Below, in pieces: positions 6,331-15,528 of a DNA stretch of 29,864 bases. The notes under the pieces are model-generated. The model saw only the letters and a list, made by a program, of their open reading frames with translations, did no database searches and was not told where the DNA came from. The number at the start of each line of letters is the position of its first letter. The stretch's first letter is position 1. The stretch covers positions 1 to 29,864 of the forward strand of contig JBQTGV010000017.1 of the NCBI GenBank assembly GCA_052390515.1, read 5' to 3'. Position numbers and translations under genes: made by a program. Source of the stretch: Candidatus Eiseniibacteriota bacterium. Its GTDB lineage: Bacteria; ARS69.

Positions 6331-9300
6331 TCAGTGTCCCCCACGGAGGACACCCACCCAGACCGGCTCCCACCTCTCGACCGAGGCTCCCCACCAATCG
6401 TGATCGGGCTCCCTCCGCCACCAGCAGGTACCCCCGAGGACGAGGAGTGTGCCGTCGGCCACCGCAGCGACACGCACCGGAGGATCGAGCACGGGAGACG
6501 CCTTGACGGCCAGGGCGAAGGGGCCGGACGTGCTCCCGTCGGGAAGGACGCGAAGCAGCCGAACCTCTCGAGCGAGCTCCGCGTGTCGCGCACCGAGCCC
6601 GGCATACACGAGCACCGCTCCTCCCGGCTCCATGGCGAGCGCGGGTCCTTCGACCCTCGCCGCTGCGGCAGTCCCCGGATCCACCCGCAGCGCCTCGCCG
6701 GTCCCCGAGCGGACGACGGCGCGCCCCGACGGCTCGAACCCAAGTAGCCGCCCTGACACCGCGAGCGCAGCTCCGGCGACCTGCGATCCATCGGCGAGCC
6801 GGCGGCGGAGCCGTTCGCCGTCGAGCCAGGCGTAGCCGCCCGAGGGGTGTGCGGCGACCGTCCCCGCCTCCGGCCCGCGCGGGGCTTCGTGCCACTCGCC
6901 GGAGTCCGGGTCGAGCAGCGCGGCCCACCCGCCGGACGGACCGGCCGCGCCGCGGATCAACGTCCGCCGCTCGAGCGGGACGACGCAGAGCTCCCGGCCC
7001 GGACGATGCTGCTTCTCCGCCGGGTACGCGAAGCGCTTCGCCTCGCCGCCGCGCGGATCGACGACGACGAGCTCCCGGTCGAGCGCGAGCACCGCGCGCC
7101 CGTCGCCGAGCGCGCCGAACCCGTCGGCCCGGGCCGCGTCGTGGCCGGGGATCACCGTGCCGGCGGCGTGCCTCCACCCGGCGAAGCCCCATCGCGCGAC
7201 GACGCGGTCGTCCTCGCCGAGCGCGTCCAGCGGCAGCACGACGGAGCGGCGGCCCGGTCCGACGCGACCGTGCCACAGCGCGCGGCCGTCGCTCTCCGCC
7301 GAGACGAGCACCTCGACGGAGTCAGTCGAAGCCTCCAGCACGAGAGCTGCCGCCGAGCCGGAGCGCTCCACGCGCACGCTCTCCAGGCTGCCGAGCGGCG
7401 GGAACGCGCCCGGACCCGGCGGCTCCAGGAAGACCGCGCCGACGCGCGCCGGCCGCGAGAACTCGAGCGAGAGCGGACCGCCGCCGGGCTCGGGGACGCG
7501 GCTTTGCGGGAGCGTGGCGGTCCAGCCCCGCGACGTGCTGTCGAGCGGCACCGTCCACAGCTCGCGGGGGTTCCCGCCCACGAGCTTCGCCTCTCCCGGC
7601 GAGCCCTCGGCCACGACGCGTACCGTGAGCGCGGGCTCGTCGGGAAGCGTGGCGGCCGAGGTGTAGCCCCAGCGCTCGCTCTGCTCCGCGGCGAGACGCC
7701 ACGCCGCGTCGGTCCAGGGCCTCGCCCGCTCCGCGATGCGCGGATCGACGGGCAGCAGCAGGCGCGTCACCGCCGCCGTGTCGCCGCGCACCGCCGGAAC
7801 CGGAGGCCCGCCCGCCAAGCCGGCCGTCGCCGCGAGCGCTTTGGCCGGCAGATCCGCGGCGAGACGCGCGGCGAACCACGCGCCGGCCACCTGCGTGGAG
7901 TCGGCTCCGCGGCTCGCCGTGCTCGCGCGGGCCGCCGCCGCATAGGCTCCGGCCAGGTCCCCGGCGGCGACCGCGGCGGACATCGCGCCGACCGCTTCGG
8001 CGATTGCCGGGAGCGCGGCCACACCCCGCGCGAGATGGACCAGCGCCGGATCCTCCGCCGCGAGGCGCTCGATGTCGCGCGTCGCGTCGCGCAGCGCCGC
8101 CACCGCCCCGGGGGCGAAGCCCTCGAATGGGACTCCCTCCGGCGGATCGGAGCGAAGCGCCCGGTCGGGCGCGGGACGCAGTGCGTCCCAGGCGTCGCGC
8201 ACGCCGCAGAGTGCCTCGCCGACCGCGCGCCCGGGAGTGCCACCGGCCCGCGCGTGCGCACCGTCGAAGTGGCGCGGCTCGAGGCGAACCTCGACCGGGC
8301 TCGCCACGGCGATATCGCGGCGGGACGGGTCGTAGCGGTTCGATGACGTCTGCACGACCTTCGCGTGGTAGACGAGCGAAGCCGCCAGCGACTCCAGCCG
8401 CAGCAGATCCTCGTCCTCCCAGGTGAACGCGAACTCCGGGCTCTCGGCGAATCCGCGCGCCTGCGCGACGACCTTCGCCCCGCGGTACACCTCGATCAGC
8501 TCGATCGGCGCGGTGCCGACGCCGCGCACCTGCACGGTGGGAACGTCTCCCGCCACGTCGACGCCGAAGTCCAGCACGATGCGCTCGCCGTTCGTCGCCC
8601 AGGTGCGGCGCTCGCGCACGGCGCGGAACACGGCCTCGCGGGAGAGCGAGGGAGCGCGCAGCCCGGTGAGGGAGGTCGAGCCGATGGCGCCGCCGTGGTT
8701 GTCGCTCGCGCCGAGGAAGGCCGGCGCCAGCCCCTGCGCGAGTGCCCCGAGCCCGAAGGAATGCAGGTCCTGGGAGTCGCGCGTGACCTCGACGCCGGCG
8801 AGCGCGGCGTGGCGCGGCTCGAACCGCGAGGGCAGGAATACGGCGTGCGCCGTGAGCAGCGCGCCGCGCGCGAGCGCGGAGTCGGCGAGCCGGGCGAAGG
8901 AGAACGGCGCCGCGAGCGGCCCCGCCGCCGGGAGCAGCACGCAGTGATCGCCCTCCTCTCCCTGCCACTCGAAGCCCGGGAACGTGACGAAGCGTCCCGG
9001 CTCGTTCGCCGCCTCGACGGCGCGGACGAACGCGTCCCACACGGTGCCGGTCGGAGTCGGCCGGGCGAGGCCGCCTGCTTCCTGGATGTGCGGGGTCGGC
9101 GCGCAGAAGTCGAGGAGCGCGACGTCGCGGGCGAACTCGAGCGCCTCGCGCGCGATCCTCTCGTAGTCCGAAGGCTGCACGACGCCGGAGTGGCCGCCGC
9201 CCGGCGTGCCGAGGTGTGCATGCACATCGCCCCAGTACACGCGCTCGGAAGGCTTCGACTCGAGGACGCGGATCGGAGCGCTCTCCCCGGCGACGAACCC

Positions 9301-9648
9301 CTCGCCGCTCGCGGCGATTCGCCACAGCCCGGGCGTCGGGAGCTTCGCCTCGAACAGCGCGCGGCCGCGGCTTTCCGTCGGGACGCGCACGTGCGCGGGC
9401 AGTTCCGCGGCCGGATCACCGACGGATATCTCCACCGTCACCGCGCGCGTGACCCCCGCGCTCGCCGCTTCCGGTCCCTCCGGACCCCAGCGGTCCGAGA
9501 TCAGCACGGCCACTCGGAACGTCTCGCCGGCGACGACTTCCGAAGGCGTCTCCACGAGCGCGCGCGGCGGGTGCTCCTCGAGCGCGGGGACAGCGCGGGC
9601 CGGTGTGGCCGGGAAGAGAGCGAAGAGCGCGAGCAGAACCCGGGGCAT
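6331..9648 (-). CDS. large secreted DUF3604 / CehA-McbA-like PHP metallohydrolase with long C-terminal extension, 1105 aa
   Basis: Signal peptide; motifs YWGDVHAH, FVTFPGFEW, GDHCV, GASDNH, LSREAVFRAVRERRTWATNG; GGAGG RBS. Confidence 0.8.
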   Translation of the reverse strand: MPRVLLALFALFPATPARAVPALEEHPPRALVETPSEVVAGETFRVAVLISDRWGPEGPEAASAGVTRAVTVEISVGDPAAELPAHVRVPTESRGRALFEAKLPTPGLWRIAASGEGFVAGESAPIRVLESKPSERVYWGDVHAHLGTPGGGHSGVVQPSDYERIAREALEFARDVALLDFCAPTPHIQEAGGLARPTPTGTVWDAFVRAVEAANEPGRFVTFPGFEWQGEEGDHCVLLPAAGPLAAPFSFARLADSALARGALLTAHAVFLPSRFEPRHAALAGVEVTRDSQDLHSFGLGALAQGLAPAFLGASDNHGGAIGSTSLTGLRAPSLSREAVFRAVRERRTWATNGERIVLDFGVDVAGDVPTVQVRGVGTAPIELIEVYRGAKVVAQARGFAESPEFAFTWEDEDLLRLESLAASLVYHAKVVQTSSNRYDPSRRDIAVASPVEVRLEPRHFDGAHARAGGTPGRAVGEALCGVRDAWDALRPAPDRALRSDPPEGVPFEGFAPGAVAALRDATRDIERLAAEDPALVHLARGVAALPAIAEAVGAMSAAVAAGDLAGAYAAAARASTASRGADSTQVAGAWFAARLAADLPAKALAATAGLAGGPPVPAVRGDTAAVTRLLLPVDPRIAERARPWTDAAWRLAAEQSERWGYTSAATLPDEPALTVRVVAEGSPGEAKLVGGNPRELWTVPLDSTSRGWTATLPQSRVPEPGGGPLSLEFSRPARVGAVFLEPPGPGAFPPLGSLESVRVERSGSAAALVLEASTDSVEVLVSAESDGRALWHGRVGPGRRSVVLPLDALGEDDRVVARWGFAGWRHAAGTVIPGHDAARADGFGALGDGRAVLALDRELVVVDPRGGEAKRFAYPAEKQHRPGRELCVVPLERRTLIRGAAGPSGGWAALLDPDSGEWHEAPRGPEAGTVAAHPSGGYAWLDGERLRRRLADGSQVAGAALAVSGRLLGFEPSGRAVVRSGTGEALRVDPGTAAAARVEGPALAMEPGGAVLVYAGLGARHAELAREVRLLRVLPDGSTSGPFALAVKASPVLDPPVRVAAVADGTLLVLGGTCWWRREPDHDWWGASVERWEPVWVGVLRGGH

Positions 9649-9707
9649 GCCGCCTCCATCGACGGGTCGAGTCCCGGGTCGTGTCCGGGCTTCGGCGCCG
9701 AATGCTC

Positions 9708-9758
9708 AAGGTAGCGGACCCGCGCCGCGTTGACGATGCGCCCGGCGGCTTCTACCCT
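9708..9758. promoter_or_regulatory. overlapping divergent sigma70-type promoters
   Basis: Plus strand: TTGACG (9730-9735)-17-TACCCT (9753-9758). Minus strand: TCGTCA (9736-9731)-17-TACCTT (9713-9708). Confidence 0.5.
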
Positions 9759-9798
9759 TCGAGGCGTCTCGCCCCCGCCCCCGCCAGGACTGCGCTTC

Positions 9799-11661
9799 TT
9801 GACCGATCCGCATCGTCCGACCGCCGCAGCCACGCTCGCAGCTGGCCTCGCGCTGGCGGCCACCGTGGGCGCCGCGGCCGGGCTGGCCGACGCGGCGGTC
9901 GACGTGGTCCGAGGAGACGCACGGTCGCTCGGCTTCGTCGTCCTCGCGGCTTCGCTCGGCGCGGCGGCCGCGCTGCTGGCCGGAGCACCGGTCGCGCTCG
10001 CCGTCTTCTTCTCCCGACCGCGGCGTCCGGCGGCGAAGCTCGCGGTGGTGGCGGTGGCGCTCGCGCTCGCGCCGGGGGCGACGGCCGTGGGCCGGCGACT
10101 GCTGCACGGCATTCCGTGGAACGCCGGCGAATGGGCTCTCGCCGTGCTGGCCGTCGCGGCGCTGCTCGGCGTCTGCGCGCTCGCGGCGAGGATCGCGTCG
10201 GCCGTTTCCGCCGCGCGCGAGGCCGCCGCCGTGCGCTTCCTGTCCCGCGCGCTCCTCCCCGCGCTCCTGCTCGTGGTTCCCGCGGCGCTTCGCATCCTGC
10301 CCGCACTCGGCCCGCCCACCCCCGTCCGCGCCGGCTCGAGCGGCGACACGAACCTTCTGCTCGTGACCGTCGACACGCTTCGCCCGGACGGCCTGGGCTG
10401 CACCGGCAGCGCGACGGCGCGCACGCCGTGGATGGACCGGCTCGCGCGGCGCAGCGTGCTCTTCGCCGACTGCGCGACGCCGGCGCCGTGGACGCTCCCC
10501 TCGCTCGCCACGTTGCTCACCGGCGCGTATCCGGGTGAGCACCGCGTGGTCGAGGAGATCTCCGGGATCGCCGACTCGGTAACGACGCTGGCCGAGCACT
10601 GCCGGCGAAGCGGCTTGCGCACCGCCGCTTTCGTCTCCAACCCGTGGCTCGCGCCCGGCGGGCTGGCGCGCGGGTTCGACACGTTCGACGTGGCCGAGCG
10701 CCTGGAGTGCGTGGACCTCGTCCGCACCACGTGGCTCTACCGCACGCTCACGAAGACAGCGCTGCGCGCCGGCCGGCTCGACGCCGGCGAGCGGATCAGT
10801 CGTCAGGGCGTCTCCTGGATCGAGCGCGGCGAGGGGGCGTGGTTCCTGTGGCTGCACTACTTCGATCCGCACCTGCCGAACTGGCCGGAGCCGCCCTTCG
10901 ACCGGCTCTTCGGACCGCCGCCGTCGCGCATCGGATCGTCGATCACGGTGGAGGAGATCCGCGGCTGGCCGGAGGGCGATGCAGCCCGGCGCGACGAGGT
11001 GGCGCGCCTGTACGACGGCGAGGTCTGCGTCACCGATCGCGCCATCGGCCGCGTCGTCCGAGCCCTCGTCGCGGGCGACGCGCTGGACCGGACCGCCGTC
11101 GTGCTCGCCGCCGATCACGGGGAGGAGCTGTGGGATCACGACGGCTATGGTCACGGTCACGTGATGCACGACGAGGTGGTTCGCGTGCCATTCGTGGTTC
11201 GGCCCCCGGGTGGCACCGACGGCCGCGTGGAGCGCAGGCTCGTTTCGCTGACGGATCTCGCGGCGACGGCGCTTTCCGTGGCCGGCATTTCCGACGAGGG
11301 CGATGCCCCGCGCGGCCGCGACCTGCTCGCCGCGGCCGGCGGACCCGAGGCGGCCGCCTACGCCGCGTACGGCGAAGCGATGCTCTACGGCGACGAGCAG
11401 AAGTTCCTCCGCACCGGCCCCTGGCGCATCATCTGGACGCCGCCCTTGGGGACTCCCCGGCTCTTCGACGTCTCCCGCGACCCGGCGGAACGGATGGACC
11501 TGGCCGCCTCGCAGCCGGCGCTCGCCGATTCTCTGCTGGGGAGCCTGCAGGCCTGGATCGCGGCGGTGGGGTCGTCCGGAGGGCTCCCCGGCGGGGTCCT
11601 GCCCGAGTCCGTGGATCAGGCCACGGCGGACCAGCTCCGGGCGCTCGGCTACATACATTAG
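9799..11661 (+). CDS. membrane-anchored sulfatase-like hydrolase/transferase (alkaline phosphatase superfamily), about 620 aa
   Basis: About 5 N-terminal TM segments; motifs LLVTVDTLRPD, PWTLPSLATLLTG, HYFDPHLP, ADHGEE, GHG, C-terminal QLRALGY. TTG 9799 with AGGA is preferred because 9730 coincides with the -35 box. Confidence 0.85.
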   Translation: MTDPHRPTAAATLAAGLALAATVGAAAGLADAAVDVVRGDARSLGFVVLAASLGAAAALLAGAPVALAVFFSRPRRPAAKLAVVAVALALAPGATAVGRRLLHGIPWNAGEWALAVLAVAALLGVCALAARIASAVSAAREAAAVRFLSRALLPALLLVVPAALRILPALGPPTPVRAGSSGDTNLLLVTVDTLRPDGLGCTGSATARTPWMDRLARRSVLFADCATPAPWTLPSLATLLTGAYPGEHRVVEEISGIADSVTTLAEHCRRSGLRTAAFVSNPWLAPGGLARGFDTFDVAERLECVDLVRTTWLYRTLTKTALRAGRLDAGERISRQGVSWIERGEGAWFLWLHYFDPHLPNWPEPPFDRLFGPPPSRIGSSITVEEIRGWPEGDAARRDEVARLYDGEVCVTDRAIGRVVRALVAGDALDRTAVVLAADHGEELWDHDGYGHGHVMHDEVVRVPFVVRPPGGTDGRVERRLVSLTDLAATALSVAGISDEGDAPRGRDLLAAAGGPEAAAYAAYGEAMLYGDEQKFLRTGPWRIIWTPPLGTPRLFDVSRDPAERMDLAASQPALADSLLGSLQAWIAAVGSSGGLPGGVLPESVDQATADQLRALGYIH

Positions 11662-11662
11662 G

Positions 11663-11705
11663 GCCGCCCCACCGTATGCCGCCCCACCACGGAGCCCGCC
11701 CCACG
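11663..11705. repeat. three direct copies of CCGCCCCAC
   Basis: Copies at 11664-11672, 11679-11687 and 11696-11704, just after the sulfatase stop. Confidence 0.6.
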
Positions 11706-11771
11706 ACCGCCGGCTCAAGCGCCGGCCCGATCCACCCGAAGCTCCTTCCGGGACCTATCTCGGAGGCATGC

Positions 11772-12563
11772 ATGAGTTCGGACCGCGGGGCAGGCGTTCT
11801 CCTTCGCCGTTCGCTCCGGCTACGCGTCGTCCTCGCGACGGCGCTCGCGTTCGTCGGACTCGGCACCGTCGTGTGCCTGGTGCTCCCGCGCGCCTACGCG
11901 CAGCAGAGCCGGGACAACCTGCGGGAGCGAGCGTTCGTCCTCGCGCAGGGGGTCTCCTACATCGTCGGCGGCGGCGTGGTGGCGGGCGAAGACGGGCTCG
12001 GACCGCTCACCGGCCTGCTCGACGCCGAGCCGGACTTCGACTCCATCGTCTTCCTCGGTCCGGACGGCGCGGTCCGATCGCACTGGCCCGAGAGCGTGGC
12101 TCGCTGGAGCGCCACGGTGCCGCCGGGGACGGTGGTGCTGGAGGGCCGCGACCACTTCATCGGCGTCTCCCGCGTACAGGGCTCCGGCGAAGTCGCGGCG
12201 GTCGCCGTACGCCTGTCCACCGCGCGGATGGTCACCGACCTGGAGAGCATGCGCTGGCTCTTCGCCGCCATCTTCCTGCTCACTTGTGGTGCGTTCTGGG
12301 TGCTGTCGACGTACCTCGCGCGCGGCATCGTGGATCCGCTGGAGGACATCCGGCGTGCCGCCATGAGCCTGGCCGACGGCGAGCCGCGCGTCGTGGTGCC
12401 GCGCTCCGGCGACGCCGAGTTCGACGAGCTCTCCCGTTACCTCGACGAACTCGGGCAGAAGCGCCGCCACTCCACGGTCATGGCCAGTCCCAACGTCGTG
12501 GCCTACCTGCGCGAGACCTCCCCGGTCGAGAAGGCGCGCAAGGAAACTCCGGACGCGAAATAG
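11772..12563 (+). CDS. two-TM membrane sensor with HAMP domain and no output domain, 263 aa
   Basis: TM1, periplasmic domain, TM2, HAMP (RGIVDPLEDIRRAAMSLADGE...DAEFDELSRYLD), then a short tail. ATG at 11772 with GGAGG. Confidence 0.8.
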   Translation: MSSDRGAGVLLRRSLRLRVVLATALAFVGLGTVVCLVLPRAYAQQSRDNLRERAFVLAQGVSYIVGGGVVAGEDGLGPLTGLLDAEPDFDSIVFLGPDGAVRSHWPESVARWSATVPPGTVVLEGRDHFIGVSRVQGSGEVAAVAVRLSTARMVTDLESMRWLFAAIFLLTCGAFWVLSTYLARGIVDPLEDIRRAAMSLADGEPRVVVPRSGDAEFDELSRYLDELGQKRRHSTVMASPNVVAYLRETSPVEKARKETPDAK

Positions 12564-13313
12564 CTAGCGCTCCGGCCGTCCGAGCACGAGGTCGGTCATC
12601 TCCCGGAGCTCGGCCTCGGCGCCCCAGGGATTCGACGCGGGCCGTCCGAGCGCCGCGGCGAGTCGCTCCGCCAGGCTCCGCGCGATCCGCTCGCGCGTCC
12701 CGTCGTCCAGGTCCGACGACCGCGCCCAGTAGTCGCGGAGCAAGTCGACGAGCTCGGGATCCAGGGCGCGCCCTGCGGCGGTCACCGCGCCGCGGGGCGG
12801 TGCGTCCGGTGCGCGGCGGCGTTCGCTCACGACGACGGTCCCGGCGGCGAGATCACCGAGGCGCTTCTCGTCCTTCGTGGCGAACATCGCGATCATGGCG
12901 ACGCCGTAGCCGAACTGCAGATCGACGACGCGGACCAGGTTGCGGACGACCACCTGCGAGGGCGTCACCGGAATGCCGCCGTCGCCGACGACACGGATGC
13001 CGAGCAGGCGCTTGCCCGGAGTCTGTCCGTTCCAGGCCAGCTCGAAGCCGATGTAGTATCCCCAGAGCAGGAAGGTGAGCACCAGGATGACCACGGCGAC
13101 GTGCCAGGCGACGAACTCGCTGCCGGCGGCGGTGAGAGCCGCGCCGGCTCCGAACAGCCCGATGATCACGAGGACGTACACGACCGCGAGGATGACCGTG
13201 TCGACGCTCGCCGCGAGGATGCGCGAGCCGAGCCCGGCGCGCACGAGCCGGAACGACACCTGCTCCGGCGTCTCCACGTCGAAGCCGCCGCCCAGATCGA
13301 AGGAACCGGACAT
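12564..13313 (-). CDS. RDD family membrane protein, 249 aa
   Basis: VETPEQV...AGLGSRILAASVD, GQTPGKRLLGIRVV, RNLVRVVD, KRLGDLAAGTVVV; ATG at 13313 with GGAGG. Confidence 0.92.
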   Translation of the reverse strand: MSGSFDLGGGFDVETPEQVSFRLVRAGLGSRILAASVDTVILAVVYVLVIIGLFGAGAALTAAGSEFVAWHVAVVILVLTFLLWGYYIGFELAWNGQTPGKRLLGIRVVGDGGIPVTPSQVVVRNLVRVVDLQFGYGVAMIAMFATKDEKRLGDLAAGTVVVSERRRAPDAPPRGAVTAAGRALDPELVDLLRDYWARSSDLDDGTRERIARSLAERLAAALGRPASNPWGAEAELREMTDLVLGRPER

Positions 13314-13340
13314 GACCCTCCGCGAACGGGCCGGGCGAAG

Positions 13341-14255
13341 GTGAGCTGGAGCCGCCTCGAGCAGCTCGTCGCGGAGCGCCGGCCGTCCGAGCTGCGCGAG
13401 TTCTGGCGCTTGTACCGCGCGGCGACGTCGCGGCTGGCGGCGCTCCAGGCCGAGGGGCGCTCCGACGAGGAGGCATGGTACCTCAACCGTCTCGTCGGCG
13501 CCGCGCACGCCGTGCTGTACCGGTCGGCCCGGGAACGGAGCGCCGGGCGAGAGGCGATTGCGTTCCTCTCCCGGGGCTGGCCGGCGCGCGTCCGCGCCGA
13601 GCTGCGGCTCGTGGGGCTGGCGGCGGCGCTCTTCGCGGCCGGTGGCGCGGCCGGCGCGTTCTACGCGGCGCGGGATCCGGGCTTCCTGGGGCTCGTCGCG
13701 CCGCCGGAGCTCATCGCCTCGGTGGAGCGCGGCGAGATGTGGACCGGGGAGATCCTCTCCGTGGCGCCGGCGGCCTCGTCCTTCCTCTTCGCGAACAACC
13801 TGACCGTCGCCGTCGCCGCGTTCGCGCTCGGAATCACCGGCGGACTGGGCACGGCGTGGCTGCTGGCGATGAACGGCGTGATGCTCGGGGCGATCGCCTG
13901 GTCCGTGGGGGCCGCGGGCATGGCGGCCGACTTCTGGGGATTCGTCGTGCCGCACGGCGTGCTGGAGCTCCCGGCGATCTTCTTCTCAGGCGCCGCGGGC
14001 CTCGTGCTGGCTCGCGGGATGCTCTTCCCCGGCGCGCGACCCTGGTCCCGCGCAGTGCCGGCAGCCGCCCGGGACGCGCTCGCGCTCTTCGCTGGGTGCG
14101 CTCCGGTGCTGCTCGTCGCCGCGGGGATCGAGGCGTGGGTTTCGCCGGAGAGCTGGCCGTTCGCGGCGAAGGCGGCGCTGGGAGCGGTTCTCGGGGCGGG
14201 GCTCGTGGCGTGGGTGATGAGGCCGCTCAAACCCGATTCTCCATCCGCACCCTGA
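13341..14255 (+). CDS. stage II sporulation protein M (SpoIIM/DUF95) family membrane protein, about 304 aa
   Basis: LYRAATSRLA, YLNRLVGAAHAVLY, FLFANNL, NGVMLG, PHGVLELPAIFFSGAAG, AAGIEAWVSP. Start uncertain (GTG 13341, weak RBS). Confidence 0.88.
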   Translation: MSWSRLEQLVAERRPSELREFWRLYRAATSRLAALQAEGRSDEEAWYLNRLVGAAHAVLYRSARERSAGREAIAFLSRGWPARVRAELRLVGLAAALFAAGGAAGAFYAARDPGFLGLVAPPELIASVERGEMWTGEILSVAPAASSFLFANNLTVAVAAFALGITGGLGTAWLLAMNGVMLGAIAWSVGAAGMAADFWGFVVPHGVLELPAIFFSGAAGLVLARGMLFPGARPWSRAVPAAARDALALFAGCAPVLLVAAGIEAWVSPESWPFAAKAALGAVLGAGLVAWVMRPLKPDSPSAP

Positions 14256-15528
14256 GATAGGCCTCGACCGTGGCGGCCGCGAGCCGGTCCGCCGGCGTGT
14301 CCACCACGACGACGCCGGATCCGCGAAGGCGGCGCACGGCGGCATCCCGCAGCAGCAGCGCGTCGGCGGCCACCGCACTGCGGTACGCGTCGAGCGGCGC
14401 GGCCGGCTCCCGCGCGAGCTGCTCCACCAGCTCGCGGTCCGACAGCGTCACGACGATGACGAGATGCCGGCGGCGCGCCGCCGCCACGGCGCGGATCAGT
14501 TCCGCCGAGACGCTCTCGTCGACGAGATCGGTGAAGACGAGCACCAGCGAGCGCTTGCGCACCGTCCGCCGAAGGCGGGCGAATGCCCCCGCGTAGTCCG
14601 GCTCGACGAGCGAGGGTTCGAGCCGCGAGAGCGTCTCGTGCAGTCGCACCGCTTGCCCGCGGCCACGCGCCGGCGCCAGCTCTCCGCGGACCACCCGGTC
14701 GAACGCGAGCACGCCCAGGTTGTCGCCGCGGGTCATCGCCGCGTGGCCGATGGCGAGCGCCGCGCTCAGCGCGTGGTCGAGCTTGGACCGTTCGCCGTCC
14801 TCCGCGGCCATGAGCCGCCCGGTGTCGACCAGGAACACGACGCTCTGGTGCTCGTCGACCTGGTACTCGCGGGAGGTGAGCTTCCGGCGACGCGCCGTCG
14901 CCTTCCAGTCGATCCAGCGCGAGTCGTCATCCCGGCGGTAGTCCCGGAGCGCTTCGAACTCCGAGCCGACTCCGCGGAGCCGCGCTGTCCGGCCACCCTG
15001 CCAGCGCGCGCGGTTCGCGTCCAGCGAGAGCCGGCGAAGCGCATCCACCGGCGGGTCGACGCGGATCTCCCGCGCCGGGCCGGCGGCCACGCGCCGCCAG
15101 CCGAGGCCGCGAGGGCCGAGCACGCGCGCCACACCCGGTCCGATCCGGATCACGCCGCGGCGCCGCGGGCGGATCCGCGCGCGCGCGCGGCCAATGCCGC
15201 CGGCCGGAAGCGCGAAGCGAGCCTCGAGTTCCTCGGACTCCACGCTCTCCGAGAGGTCCTCGGTCACGACCAGCGCGCGGACGCCGGCCTCGCCGGCGCG
15301 CACAGTCCAGGTCACGTCGGCCCATTCGCCCTGCGGGATGCGCGCGGGGACGTCGCGGTCCAGGGCGAAGCACCCCTCGGCGCGACGCCCGTCGGCGCGC
15401 GCGGCCACGAAGAGCGCCGCGGCGGCGAGCACGATCAGCGCCGCTGCACCCGGCGGCGCGGCCACCGCCAGAGCGAAGCCCACCACCAGGCAGACGACGA
15501 CGGTGCGGGAGGAGGGAAGAGTGTTCAC
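14227..15528 (-). CDS. DUF58 domain (VWA-like) protein, 433 aa
   Basis: GSEFEALRDYRRDDDSRWIDWKATARR, VFLVDTGRLM, SKLDHA, LVLVFTD; N-terminal TM segments. Confidence 0.92.
   Translation of the reverse strand: MNTLPSSRTVVVCLVVGFALAVAAPPGAAALIVLAAAALFVAARADGRRAEGCFALDRDVPARIPQGEWADVTWTVRAGEAGVRALVVTEDLSESVESEELEARFALPAGGIGRARARIRPRRRGVIRIGPGVARVLGPRGLGWRRVAAGPAREIRVDPPVDALRRLSLDANRARWQGGRTARLRGVGSEFEALRDYRRDDDSRWIDWKATARRRKLTSREYQVDEHQSVVFLVDTGRLMAAEDGERSKLDHALSAALAIGHAAMTRGDNLGVLAFDRVVRGELAPARGRGQAVRLHETLSRLEPSLVEPDYAGAFARLRRTVRKRSLVLVFTDLVDESVSAELIRAVAAARRRHLVIVVTLSDRELVEQLAREPAAPLDAYRSAVAADALLLRDAAVRRLRGSGVVVVDTPADRLAAATVEAYLRVRMENRV

Noticed and set aside
11663-11705. Short direct repeats as a CRISPR array
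   Set aside because: Repeats of 9-11 nt with 4-8 nt spacers are far too short, and there are no cas genes.
11714-11742. sigma28-like TCAAG...CCGA upstream of the HAMP gene
   Set aside because: The spacing is off and the -10 element (CCCGAAGC) is a poor match to GCCGATAA.
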